DNA of 64,000 bases from an uncultured Clostridia bacterium. Lineage in GTDB: Bacteria; Bacillota; Clostridia; Christensenellales; CAG-917. The notes beneath the pieces are model-generated. The model did not search any database. It was given only the letters and a program-made list of their open reading frames with translations, and was not told the DNA's origin. Every line of letters begins with the position of its first letter. Position 1 is the stretch's first letter. The stretch spans positions 2,965 to 66,964 of the forward strand of contig CANQNC010000005.1 of assembly GCA_947625145.1 (NCBI GenBank), read 5' to 3'. Positions 56,073-64,000 of this stretch are shown piece by piece. A program made the position numbers and the translations under genes.

Positions 56073-58055
56073 CTATTCGACTTCGGGTTCGCCGTCCGTC
56101 CCTGCTTTTGCGGTTTCCTCAGCGATTTCTTTGTCCTCCCCTGCTTGTTCCTCTGCTCCGTCAACGTCGGCGACGGGAACGGGAGCGACTTCCGCGGGTT
56201 CGGTGACTTCTTCCTCGGTTTGCGCTTCGGCGGGTTCTGTCACAGTTTCGACTTCCTCGGCTTCAACTTCCGCAGGTTCGGGCGCGGCGGCTTCCGAAAG
56301 GACGTCAGAGGCGGCTTCTTGCTCCTCCGTCTGTGGTTCGGCTTCGTCAGTGGACGCGTCGGACTCCGCCTGTGGCTCGGCTTCATCAGCGGATATGACA
56401 GGTTCCGCTTGGGTTTCGGGTTCCGCTTGGGCTTCGGACTCCGCTTGGGCGGCTTTCCTTGCCTCGGTCTCCTCTATCATCTTGGCGAGGGTGGGCTCGT
56501 CGAGTTTGCACTTCGCCTTGTAGACGACAAGCGCGATTGTCATCAGCACGATTGGGATGACGCACATGCACGCAAGCAAGCCCATTTTGGTTTTGGGGTC
56601 CATGCCCGCAATGACGTTTTTGACGGACGCAATGACCTCTTTGCCTGTCATCAAGCCCTGATCGCGCATGTTTTCAAAGTCGGATATCTGATCGGTGTAG
56701 ACCAGCGCGCCCGTGATCAGCAGCACGAGGGACACAAGGCCCTGCGTCAGCGCGGAGCCCATCTTCGCGGTGAAGGGACGGAGGGAGAAGATGATGGCTT
56801 CGTCCCGCTTGCCCGTTTTCCACTCGTTGTACTCAACGGTGTTTGCCATGTTGATGAGCATGATCATATAAAACCCCGTGGACCAACCCGTCATGCCGTA
56901 GATCAGCGCCATGACAAGAAATTTTGGCGTGATATGCATGCCGAACACGTCAAAGCCGCCGCCCACGCTGTTGGGCCACGACAGCCCTATGATCAGCAAC
57001 AGCGCATAGCTGACGATCAGGATGATCCCGCAGCTGTACAGCGTCCTGTTGCGCCCCAACTTTTTGGAAAACCACGGGTAGAACAGCGTGAACACCACGG
57101 ACAACACCGCGTATATGGCGCTGTACACCAACCCGAGAGACCCTTCGTAGCCAAATTCGAAATAAATGAAGAACGTAAGCAAATTGCCCACCGCAACGCC
57201 CGAAATGATGTTCCAAAGCAACATGACAAGCGTGCACCAAAGCAGTTGATCGTTTTTGAAGAGGACTTTGAAAAGGTCCTTGAACTTCATGCGCTCCGTC
57301 TTTTGGAAGTTTACGGGAAGAGGCTTCTCCTTGACGCCGAGGATGGTGAACATCTGAAACGCCACCATCAAGATGACCACAAGCACGGACATCAAGCCGT
57401 AGCCTCTGACCGCCCCGAGCCCAAGCCCTTGCGCCACTTCGCCCACGGTGAATATCGGCACAAGCAGCCCCGCAAGCCCGCCGCCCGCACTGCACACAAG
57501 TTGCGTGAAGGACGTCAACTTGTTGCGATCGTCGGGATTGGACGTGAGAGACGGCAACATGCCCCAATACGAAATGTCGTTCATGGTGAAAGTGATGGAA
57601 AACATGAAGTACGCAAACGCAAGGAAGCCGATAAACGCCCAGCCGTCTAGCGGCACGTTGAACAGCGCGATTATCACGCCGCCCGTCAGCACTGCGCCGA
57701 TCAGCTGCCACGGCTTGTATTTGCCCCACTTTGTGCGCGTGTTTTCCACAATGCTGCCCATGATGGGATCGTTGAACGCGTCAAAGATGCGCGCCAAAAT
57801 GATGATGACCGTGATCATGACAAATTGCGCGTCGTTCAGATGCTTTGTCAGCAACACAAACATCAGCAAAAAGCCGTTGAAAAATTGATACAGAAAGTCC
57901 CTGCCGAGCGTGCCCAGCGGGAACATGATCAGGTTGCGCTTCGGGATCCTCTCGCCCACGTCAAGCACGCCCGCTTCGGGTTGCGCCTCCGTCGCGATTG
58001 CCACGCCGTCCGCGCCTTCGCATATCGTTGCTTTTTCAAAATTCCGCTCGTCCAT
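56073..58055 (-). CDS. GPH-family (MelB-like) glycoside/cation symporter with an acidic C-terminal tail of about 140 aa
   Basis: It starts MDERNFEK. The GPH pattern RIFDAFNDPIMGSIVENTRTKWGKYKPW and 12 transmembrane helices are present, followed by a Glu/Ala/Pro-rich tail. Confidence 0.8.
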   Translation of the reverse strand: MDERNFEKATICEGADGVAIATEAQPEAGVLDVGERIPKRNLIMFPLGTLGRDFLYQFFNGFLLMFVLLTKHLNDAQFVMITVIIILARIFDAFNDPIMGSIVENTRTKWGKYKPWQLIGAVLTGGVIIALFNVPLDGWAFIGFLAFAYFMFSITFTMNDISYWGMLPSLTSNPDDRNKLTSFTQLVCSAGGGLAGLLVPIFTVGEVAQGLGLGAVRGYGLMSVLVVILMVAFQMFTILGVKEKPLPVNFQKTERMKFKDLFKVLFKNDQLLWCTLVMLLWNIISGVAVGNLLTFFIYFEFGYEGSLGLVYSAIYAVLSVVFTLFYPWFSKKLGRNRTLYSCGIILIVSYALLLIIGLSWPNSVGGGFDVFGMHITPKFLVMALIYGMTGWSTGFYMIMLINMANTVEYNEWKTGKRDEAIIFSLRPFTAKMGSALTQGLVSLVLLITGALVYTDQISDFENMRDQGLMTGKEVIASVKNVIAGMDPKTKMGLLACMCVIPIVLMTIALVVYKAKCKLDEPTLAKMIEETEARKAAQAESEAQAEPETQAEPVISADEAEPQAESDASTDEAEPQTEEQEAASDVLSEAAAPEPAEVEAEEVETVTEPAEAQTEEEVTEPAEVAPVPVADVDGAEEQAGEDKEIAEETAKAGTDGEPEVE

Positions 58056-58216
58056 AATTTCCCCTAAAAGCGTTTGATACTCTATATATGATATCAAAAA
58101 ATACGCGCCCGCGCAAGATGCAAATCCGCACTTTGCGCGCAAAAATCAAAATATTAGCAAAAATTTCTCAAAACGCTGTACATTTTTCGAATTATTGATT
58201 ATAATGTACAAGCGAT

Positions 58217-58293
58217 CTGGGTGTGGCGCAGTTTGGTAGCGCGCATGAATGGGGTTCATGAGGCCGGAAGTTCAAGTCTTCTCACCCAGACCA
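58217..58293 (+). tRNA. tRNA-Pro (anticodon GGG), CCA encoded
   Basis: The hand-folded cloverleaf has acceptor CTGGGTG/CACCCAG, D arm GCGC-AGTTTGGTA-GCGC, anticodon arm CATGA-ATGGGGT-TCATG (U33, GGG, G37) and T arm GGAAG-TTCAAGT-CTTCT, ending in A-CCA. Confidence 0.9.
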
Positions 58294-58294
58294 A

Positions 58295-58325
58295 AAAAGC
58301 GCATCGACCTGATGCGCTTTTGTTT
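58295..58325 (+). terminator. intrinsic terminator after tRNA-Pro
   Basis: AAAAGCGCATCGACCTGATGCGCTTTTGTTTTT. Confidence 0.8.
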
Positions 58326-58359
58326 TTGCAAAAGCGCATAAAGGTCATACGCTTTTTTG

Positions 58360-58497
58360 GTCCTCTCCGCGCACAGAAATTGCTTGTCGCAGATATTTGC
58401 ATATGTTTGCCCGTCAAGGCAGCTTTGCAAGATATGCAATATGGCTCGGCAATTTCTGTGCTTGGAGGCGCGGGCTTCGCCCGCGTGTTTTTTTTTC
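58360..58497 (+). ncRNA. candidate structured RNA, unit 1
   Basis: A 12-bp stem pairs 58372-58383 (CACAGAAATTGC) with 58449-58460 (GCAATTTCTGTG). An inner stem pairs TTGCATAT with ATATGCAA. The terminator GCGCGGGCTTCGCCCGCG is followed by a run of nine T. Confidence 0.3.
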
Positions 58498-58585
58498 GTA
58501 AAAATCAAGCTAACGTCTTTATGAGTACGCAAAGACCTTGCGTGCTTTTCTTTTTGAAAAGCGCGCTCAGGTCGCGCACTTTTTT

Positions 58586-58721
58586 GGTCTACTCCGCGTA
58601 TGAAAATCGTCCGTCGCAAAATTCCTCGCGTGACAGAAGTCGCAAGAAGCAATACCGAGACGCTCGTCATGGCTCCGCGATTTTCATACTTGGGAACGCG
58701 GGCCTCGCCCGCTTGTTTTTT
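58586..58721 (+). ncRNA. candidate structured RNA, unit 2
   Basis: A 12-bp stem pairs 58598-58609 (GTATGAAAATCG) with 58678-58689 (CGATTTTCATAC). The terminator GCGGGCCTCGCCCGC is followed by TTGTTTTTT. Confidence 0.3.
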
Positions 58722-58837
58722 CCGAAAAAATCAAGATGTTGTATTTAAGAACAAACAAAAGATTTTATGTTTTGTTGTGGAAAACCATGTTCACGTTACG
58801 CGCTTTTTGGGTTTACTCCTCTTCTGCTCAAAAGAAA

Positions 58838-58860
58838 AACGCGTCTGTTGACGCGGTTTG
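58838..58860 (-). terminator. intrinsic terminator after the Asp/Cys/His-tail gene
   Basis: The minus strand reads ACCGCGTCAACAGACGCGTTTTTCTTTT. Confidence 0.7.
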
Positions 58861-58884
58861 GGTTTGCGAAGTGGCGGGAAGCGG

Positions 58885-59532
58885 TCAATTCTCGTCGCAA
58901 TGGTGGTCATGGTCTCGGTGGTCGTGGGTATGATCGCAATGGCTGTCGTGGGTATGGTCGTGGTGACAACAGTCATCATTGCAATCATCACAATCGTCGT
59001 CGTGACAATCGTCGTCGCAATCGTCACATTCCTCGTCGGTTTCGGGGGCAGTCGCGCGGACTTGCTCGTCCGCGTCGTCCAAGCCTTTGAGATAGCGGTA
59101 GAGCGGATCGTCCGAAAAATCCTGCTTGAGCGTGAAGTCGCCGCCCAGCTCCTCGATCGCGTTCCTCAATTCCATAAACTCGTTGTAGTTGGGTTCATAC
59201 TCCTCGCAGAAGGTTTTCAGCACTTCTATGCCCTGCTCGTCGCCGTATCTGCCTATGAGCCTTGCAAACAGCGCGACGTCCTCGCCCCTGTAGAGGAAGC
59301 CGACAAGCCCCATGAAAATGGCTTTGTTGCCCTTGTATTCGGACAGCACTTCCATCAGCATTTTGGCGGAGTCACCCTCCAGCGTATACAGCTTGGAAAG
59401 CATGACGTCCACGATCTCCTCGCAGTCCTCCGAGAGGTATTCGTACGCCTCCAGCCGCTTGGGATACGGCTTGCTCTCGTCCAGCATGAGGTCGAGCATT
59501 TGCAACATTTCGGATCTTGTTTTGTCAGTCAT
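58885..59532 (-). CDS. hypothetical helical protein with an Asp/Cys/His-rich C-terminal tail
   Basis: The start MTDKTRSEML overlaps the upstream gene's stop by 8 nt. The last about 50 aa read ECDDCDDDCHDDDCDDCNDDCCHHDHTHDSHCDHTHDHRDHDHHCDEN. Confidence 0.65.
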   Translation of the reverse strand: MTDKTRSEMLQMLDLMLDESKPYPKRLEAYEYLSEDCEEIVDVMLSKLYTLEGDSAKMLMEVLSEYKGNKAIFMGLVGFLYRGEDVALFARLIGRYGDEQGIEVLKTFCEEYEPNYNEFMELRNAIEELGGDFTLKQDFSDDPLYRYLKGLDDADEQVRATAPETDEECDDCDDDCHDDDCDDCNDDCCHHDHTHDSHCDHTHDHRDHDHHCDEN

Positions 59533-61210
59533 AGTCACCGCCGAACAGCATGTTGAAATATTTGTCAAACGTGCGACGGTTCACGCCGAAGCGCTCGACC
59601 ATCTCCGCTTTTGAGTCGTCGTAGTCGTCCGCGTACGCCTTGCTCATCAGCGCGGCGATGAGCGTGGGCATGCTTTTGAGTTTTGCGAGTTTGGCGATTT
59701 CCGCATGCACGCCCAAAAGCTGTTGTCCATCCACCAAAAACGCGTCGTCCACCGCCTCGGTCAGACATTCGAGGAAGGGATTCGGCTCCTCGTCCCTGTA
59801 GATGATATCCCCCATCGTAAGCTCGTAGGCGGATTGCAGGTTTGCGGGCAACATGAGGTAGGCCTCGGGCAATTGGAAACAGATGTCCTTAAACCTGTCC
59901 TGCGCGACCACTTTGAAGGTCTGCTCCCTCTTTTTGAGGTCAAGAAGCGCGACAACAATGCGCGTGGTCACGGGATAGCCCGCGTCCCCCTGCAAAAGCA
60001 GGTCCTTGAACATGGGGACCACCCAATCGACGTTCACGCCCGCCAAGCTGTCCACAACATAATATCTTATCTTTTCGGGGCACTCCATGCACGCCCATGT
60101 CAGCACGGACTGCAATTCACCCCCGCGCAATTGGTCATACTGCAAAAACGCGGAACGTTCGCTCTCGGACTTGTCGAGCGCCTCTTCCATGAGTTTCATG
60201 CGGCGTATCTTCTCTTTTGCGGGAAGGGTCAGGGAATACTCCATGGTCTCCTCCCCCTTTTCCATCTCTTTCAGGAAGTAGTCCGCGTTTGAAGTTTCGC
60301 CCAATATGGCGCGTATCTTCACAAACGTGCGCCTCGCCTCGTCCTTCTGCCCGAGGTTGTACAGCGATTGCGCAAGCCACAGCATGGCGTGAAGATTCAG
60401 ATTTGTCTTTTTCAGCAAGCGGCGGCAATATTCAAACACGTCCGCGTGCTCGCCCAGCGAAACGAGCAAGGGCAAAACATGCAAGATATCCTCCACGCTT
60501 TCGCAATCCTCCGCCTTTATGCGCTCCACTATCCGCGACGCGCTTTCCACATCCTCCTCCTTGAGGTAGGCGGTGGCAAGCACGCTCATGACGGACACGC
60601 TGTGAGGATATTTTTCAAGCGTCTTGTTCGCGTTGTAGATGGTCGCGTCCGAGTCGTCGTTGAGCATGAGGCAGATCAGCACGATATAATCCGCCGCCTC
60701 GCGGGAGGGCGAAGTCAAAGGGATCTCGTCCATCAATTTCAGCGCCTCTTTGGGCTTGTTTGAAGCAAGCAGATCGTACGCCTGCGCGATCAGCGCCTCG
60801 TACAGTTCCTCCCCTTTGGGTACGGGCTTGAATTCGGACGCTAAGTCGTCGGGATCGTCGGGAAAATCGAAGTCGAAATCGTCGGAAAGTTCGCAAAGAT
60901 AATATTCCGCGACGTCGGGCTGACCCAGATCGAAAAAATTGGAAACGAGCAACGACACAATTTCCGCTCTCTCATCCTCGGTGGGGTCAAGAGAAAGCGC
61001 TTTGAACAGCGTGCGATCGGACAAATCGTAGGCGTCGATGGATACATACGCTCTTGCAAGCGCAAGTGACGCCTCGACGCAGCTCTCGTCCAACTTAAGC
61101 GCTGCCTTCAGATGCCTGAAATGCGCGGGCAGATCGCCGTTTTTTAACGCCTCGTCCGCGAGTTTCAAACAATCCGAGCATGTGACGTTGAAATTTATGA
61201 TGCGAGCCAT
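59525..61210 (-). CDS. hypothetical TPR-like helical-repeat protein
   Basis: 561 aa with N-terminal TPR-like helical-pair patterns and an acidic DDFDFDFPDDPDD segment. I recognise no catalytic motif. Confidence 0.6.
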   Translation of the reverse strand: MARIINFNVTCSDCLKLADEALKNGDLPAHFRHLKAALKLDESCVEASLALARAYVSIDAYDLSDRTLFKALSLDPTEDERAEIVSLLVSNFFDLGQPDVAEYYLCELSDDFDFDFPDDPDDLASEFKPVPKGEELYEALIAQAYDLLASNKPKEALKLMDEIPLTSPSREAADYIVLICLMLNDDSDATIYNANKTLEKYPHSVSVMSVLATAYLKEEDVESASRIVERIKAEDCESVEDILHVLPLLVSLGEHADVFEYCRRLLKKTNLNLHAMLWLAQSLYNLGQKDEARRTFVKIRAILGETSNADYFLKEMEKGEETMEYSLTLPAKEKIRRMKLMEEALDKSESERSAFLQYDQLRGGELQSVLTWACMECPEKIRYYVVDSLAGVNVDWVVPMFKDLLLQGDAGYPVTTRIVVALLDLKKREQTFKVVAQDRFKDICFQLPEAYLMLPANLQSAYELTMGDIIYRDEEPNPFLECLTEAVDDAFLVDGQQLLGVHAEIAKLAKLKSMPTLIAALMSKAYADDYDDSKAEMVERFGVNRRTFDKYFNMLFGGDYD

Positions 61211-61216
61211 TGAAAA

Positions 61217-62356
61217 TTATTTCTTCTTCTTTTTCTTCTTGGGATTTTGATAGGGTTTGGGAGCCTGTTTGGGCTTTTTATTGTCCGCTTTTTGCGAACG
61301 ATCCGCCTTTGCCGCCTTTTTCGCTTCGAGGCGCGCCGCCTGTTGACGGTCTTTTTCCAAAACAGCCGCCTTGTACTTGCACTTGGTCATGCCCCTGTGC
61401 GCAAGCGCGACCCACTGCAAACTCATAAGCGTATAGCCGATAAGGGCCATTGCGATGTACACGATTATGGTCAAAAACTGCGCTTGCACGATCAGCAACA
61501 GCATGGGCGCAAGGGACAATATCCCCACGATGCAGACGGATATGGGATTGTTTGCGATCACCACAAGCGCGTCCTTGAAGCAATCCTTGAGGCTGAGTTC
61601 GTACGAGACGGACAGCGCCAGCATGACCATGGGGACAAGCAAGAGAGGCGCGCCAATCACAAAGCTGAACACCACCGCGCAGTAGTCCCCCGCGGCGGCT
61701 GTGCCGAACGCCTGTCTTGAAAGCAGATTGAACACGGAAGTCGTGGCGGCAAGTCCTATGAGCACGCCTATGCCGCCCAACAGCAAAAACTTCCACCAAT
61801 ATTTTGCGAAACCAATCCAATAGGTGCGGAAGGACTTTTTGTAGAAGTCCTGAAAATAACTGCGCTTTGCCGCGTACATGACGCCCGAAAGCCCAAGCGC
61901 GCCGATGATGAGCGTAAACGCGACCATACATGCGACGGGCTCCTGCACGTTCCAAAGCAACTGACCTCTTGCGACAGCCTCGTTCGACATGCCGTCCCCG
62001 GGGTTTAAGCCCACGCCTATGCCCCCCGTCATGAAGTTGAACACCTTGTCGAGCACAAGCCCTTGGAAATAGCCCGCGAACCACATCAATATCACCGCAA
62101 ACGGCAACGTAAACAGCACGAAAAACAGCGTCGCCTTAAACAGCGTGGCAAACTCACCTCTGAACACCTTGAACGCTCTTCCGAAGAAAGTGTCAGGATA
62201 CTCCTTGACGTTGCGCGCCTCGGCAAGCCCCGCCACGAGGACCTTTTGCGGTTCCTCGGGCTCCTGCCTTACGGGAGCGTCAACGAAGAGGGAGCCGAGC
62301 AAAAATTTCGGCTTGCGCTGTTCGGATTTGTTTTGCGTTTTGTTTGCCATAAGCAC
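61217..62356 (-). CDS. hypothetical polytopic membrane protein with a Lys-rich tail ending in KKKKKKK
   Basis: 379 aa with about 6 hydrophobic helices and the C-terminus ...KKAAKADRSQKADNKKPKQAPKPYQNPKKKKKKK. It ends 6 nt upstream of the next gene. Confidence 0.6.
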   Translation of the reverse strand: MLMANKTQNKSEQRKPKFLLGSLFVDAPVRQEPEEPQKVLVAGLAEARNVKEYPDTFFGRAFKVFRGEFATLFKATLFFVLFTLPFAVILMWFAGYFQGLVLDKVFNFMTGGIGVGLNPGDGMSNEAVARGQLLWNVQEPVACMVAFTLIIGALGLSGVMYAAKRSYFQDFYKKSFRTYWIGFAKYWWKFLLLGGIGVLIGLAATTSVFNLLSRQAFGTAAAGDYCAVVFSFVIGAPLLLVPMVMLALSVSYELSLKDCFKDALVVIANNPISVCIVGILSLAPMLLLIVQAQFLTIIVYIAMALIGYTLMSLQWVALAHRGMTKCKYKAAVLEKDRQQAARLEAKKAAKADRSQKADNKKPKQAPKPYQNPKKKKKKK

Positions 62357-62529
62357 TCCTTGTCGGAACTTAACCGCAATAATATTTTAGCGTACAAATG
62401 ATTATACAATAAAACCAAGCAAATATCAAACGAATTTCCGCACCTTTTTGCACTTTTCAAACCGAGGCTGGCGCGGCACACACGAGGGCTTGCCCGCATA
62501 GCATATACCAAACCGAACAAGGAGAAGTT

Positions 62530-63546
62530 ATGAAAGGCTACAATTTCGCGATAGTGGGCGCGACGGGAATGGTCGGCAGGAAGTTTGCGGAAGTGCTGGG
62601 CGAAAGGCATGTCCCCGTAAAGTCCGTGCGTCTGTTTGCGTCAAACAGGAGCGCGGGCTCCACTTTGGACTGTCTTGGCTCGCCGTGCGTTGTGCAAGAA
62701 CTGACCAAAAGCAACGTGCGCGCCATGAAGGGCAAGATAGACTTCGCGCTGTTTTCGGCGGGCGCGGGAGTTTCCGAGGAATACGCGCCGCTGTTTGCGG
62801 ATATCGGCGCGATCGTCATAGACAACAGCTCGTTTTGGCGCATGCACGAGGACGTGCCCCTCGTCGTGCCCGAGGTCAATCCCGAGGCGGCGTTTACGCA
62901 TCGCGGGATCATCGCCAATCCGAACTGTTCCACCATACAAGCGGTCGTCGCGCTCAAGCCACTGCACGATCGCTTCCGCTTAAAACGCGTGGTGTACAGC
63001 ACGTATCAGGCGGTCTCGGGCGCGGGCATGCAGGGGTTTTACGACCTTCGCGACGGCGTGTCGGGCGCGCCGCCCAAAAAATTTCCCAAACCCATCGCTT
63101 TCAACATCCTCCCGCACATTGACGTGTTCTTGGCAGACGGATACACAAAAGAGGAGAGGAAGATGATAGACGAGACCCGCAAGATCCTAGGCCTCCCCGC
63201 CCTGCCCGTGACGGCAACGGCGGCGAGAGTGCCCGTCTTTTTCGGACACAGCGAAAGCATAAACGCGGAGTTTGAAAAGCCCTGCACTCTGCAAGAGGTC
63301 AGGCAATGCCTCTCCTCCTTCGAGGGGCTCACGCTTGCGGACGATCCCGAAAGAGGGATATACCCCACTCCTCTGTCCGCGGCGGGCAAGGACGACGTGT
63401 TTGTGGGAAGGGTACGCCTTGACGACAGCGTGCCAAGCGGAGTCAACCTCTGGGTGGTGGCGGACAACATCCGAAAGGGCGCCGCGACAAACGCGGTGCA
63501 GATCGCCGAACTGCTCATCAAAAAGGACGCGGAGGACGCAAAATGA
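62530..63546 (+). CDS. asd: aspartate-semialdehyde dehydrogenase
   Basis: 338 aa with VGATGMVG, the active-site NPNCSTI and SGAG motifs. Confidence 0.9.
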   Translation: MKGYNFAIVGATGMVGRKFAEVLGERHVPVKSVRLFASNRSAGSTLDCLGSPCVVQELTKSNVRAMKGKIDFALFSAGAGVSEEYAPLFADIGAIVIDNSSFWRMHEDVPLVVPEVNPEAAFTHRGIIANPNCSTIQAVVALKPLHDRFRLKRVVYSTYQAVSGAGMQGFYDLRDGVSGAPPKKFPKPIAFNILPHIDVFLADGYTKEERKMIDETRKILGLPALPVTATAARVPVFFGHSESINAEFEKPCTLQEVRQCLSSFEGLTLADDPERGIYPTPLSAAGKDDVFVGRVRLDDSVPSGVNLWVVADNIRKGAATNAVQIAELLIKKDAEDAK

Positions 63547-64000
63547 TATTTTATGGTACAGCAACCGCACTTTTAACCCCGTTTTTGGCGAATACCGTGG
63601 ATTTTGAAGCGCTTGAAAAACTTGTGGACTTGCAACTTGAATCGGGCGTGGGCGCGCTTGTCGCGCTGGGTACGACGGGCGAGCCGTCCACCCTCTTGGC
63701 GGAGGAAGGGGACAGCGTAATACGCTTCGTCGCGGCAAGGGCAAAGGGCAGAGTCCCGCTGATCGTAGGCGTGGGCTCAAACTGCACGCGCACCGCCGCG
63801 GAGCTTGCCGTGCACGCCCGCGAACTTGGGGCAAACGCACTGCTTGCGGTCACGCCGTACTACAACAAGTGCACGCAAGAGGGGCTTCGTCTGCACTATC
63901 GCGAAATCGCTCGCGCGGGGCTTCCCGTCATATGCTACAACGTCCCGTCTAGGACGGGCGTGGACATGCTCCCCTCCACCTTCGCGGCGCTTGTGAAAGA
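63543..64000 (+). CDS. dapA: 4-hydroxy-tetrahydrodipicolinate synthase (5' part; runs off the window)
   Basis: The ATG at 63543 overlaps the asd stop. My hand translation is MIFYGTATALLTPF...LGTTGEPSTL...TPYYNKCTQ...CYNVPSRTG, with no stop before position 64000, so it is absent from the ORF track. Confidence 0.9.
   Translation, partial: MIFYGTATALLTPFLANTVDFEALEKLVDLQLESGVGALVALGTTGEPSTLLAEEGDSVIRFVAARAKGRVPLIVGVGSNCTRTAAELAVHARELGANALLAVTPYYNKCTQEGLRLHYREIARAGLPVICYNVPSRTGVDMLPSTFAALVK

Larger units (their letters stand above)
58324..58830 (+). repeat. degenerate tandem repeat of about 226-229 bp (2 full units plus a partial third)
   Basis: Unit 1 (about 58324-58552) and unit 2 (about 58553-58775) align along their length. 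Conserved blocks include AAAAGCGC..., TTTTTTGGTC-CTCCGCG, GTCGCA, ATGGCTC, CTTGG-A-CGCGGGC-TCGCCCGC and AAAAATCAAG. Confidence 0.8.

Overview
The window is a 64-kb chromosomal segment from a GC-rich, Firmicutes/Clostridia-like bacterium. That placement rests on an L27 with an N-terminal propeptide next to a Prp protease, a T-box leader, a DivIVA-domain protein, a SpoIVFB-like M50 protease and PyrK/PyrD-B. It is inference from content, not a database hit. Most of the window is densely packed housekeeping genes, largely on the minus strand. They include queA-ruvB-ruvA-ruvC, hpf-sugar isomerase-pgi, minD-minE plus the M50 protease, and a complete pyrimidine operon (pyrC-carA-carB-pyrK-pyrD-pyrF-pyrE-pyrB). 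They also include dtd, a THUMP methyltransferase, lysC, a TPP-riboswitch-controlled ThiT-like transporter, mscL, a folate operon (folC-folE-folP-folBK), mgtE, thyA-folA, a T-box(Trp)-controlled stand-alone trpB, tcdA, rplU-prp-rpmA, tRNA-Pro(GGG) and asd-dapA. I found no CRISPR array, integrase, transposase or prophage. Three AT-rich patches interrupt the GC-rich background. One is a two-gene type II restriction-modification module (about 31.8-33.5 kb). One holds an uncharacterised membrane-protein gene with a structured, terminator-containing leader, followed by 165-bp direct repeats that abut the tcdA 3' end (about 49.0-50.85 kb). The third is the C-terminal half of a lipoprotein gene (about 55.4-56.0 kb). 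The signals I consider most worth following are non-coding or atypical. (1) A tandem pair of about 230-bp units after tRNA-Pro has homologous 12-bp stems that differ in sequence but stay perfectly complementary, and each unit ends in an intrinsic terminator (candidate structured-RNA family). (2) The 165-bp repeats carry a 28-bp core that also overlaps the tcdA stop codon. (3) An iteron-like array with a period of about 19-20 bp lies upstream of lysC. (4) PyrB is fused to only the zinc domain of PyrI. (5) A three-gene operon ends in a protein with an Asp/Cys/His-rich tail. I cannot name a defined new multi-gene system from sequence alone. All novelty claims below are hypotheses that need database and RNA-seq checks.
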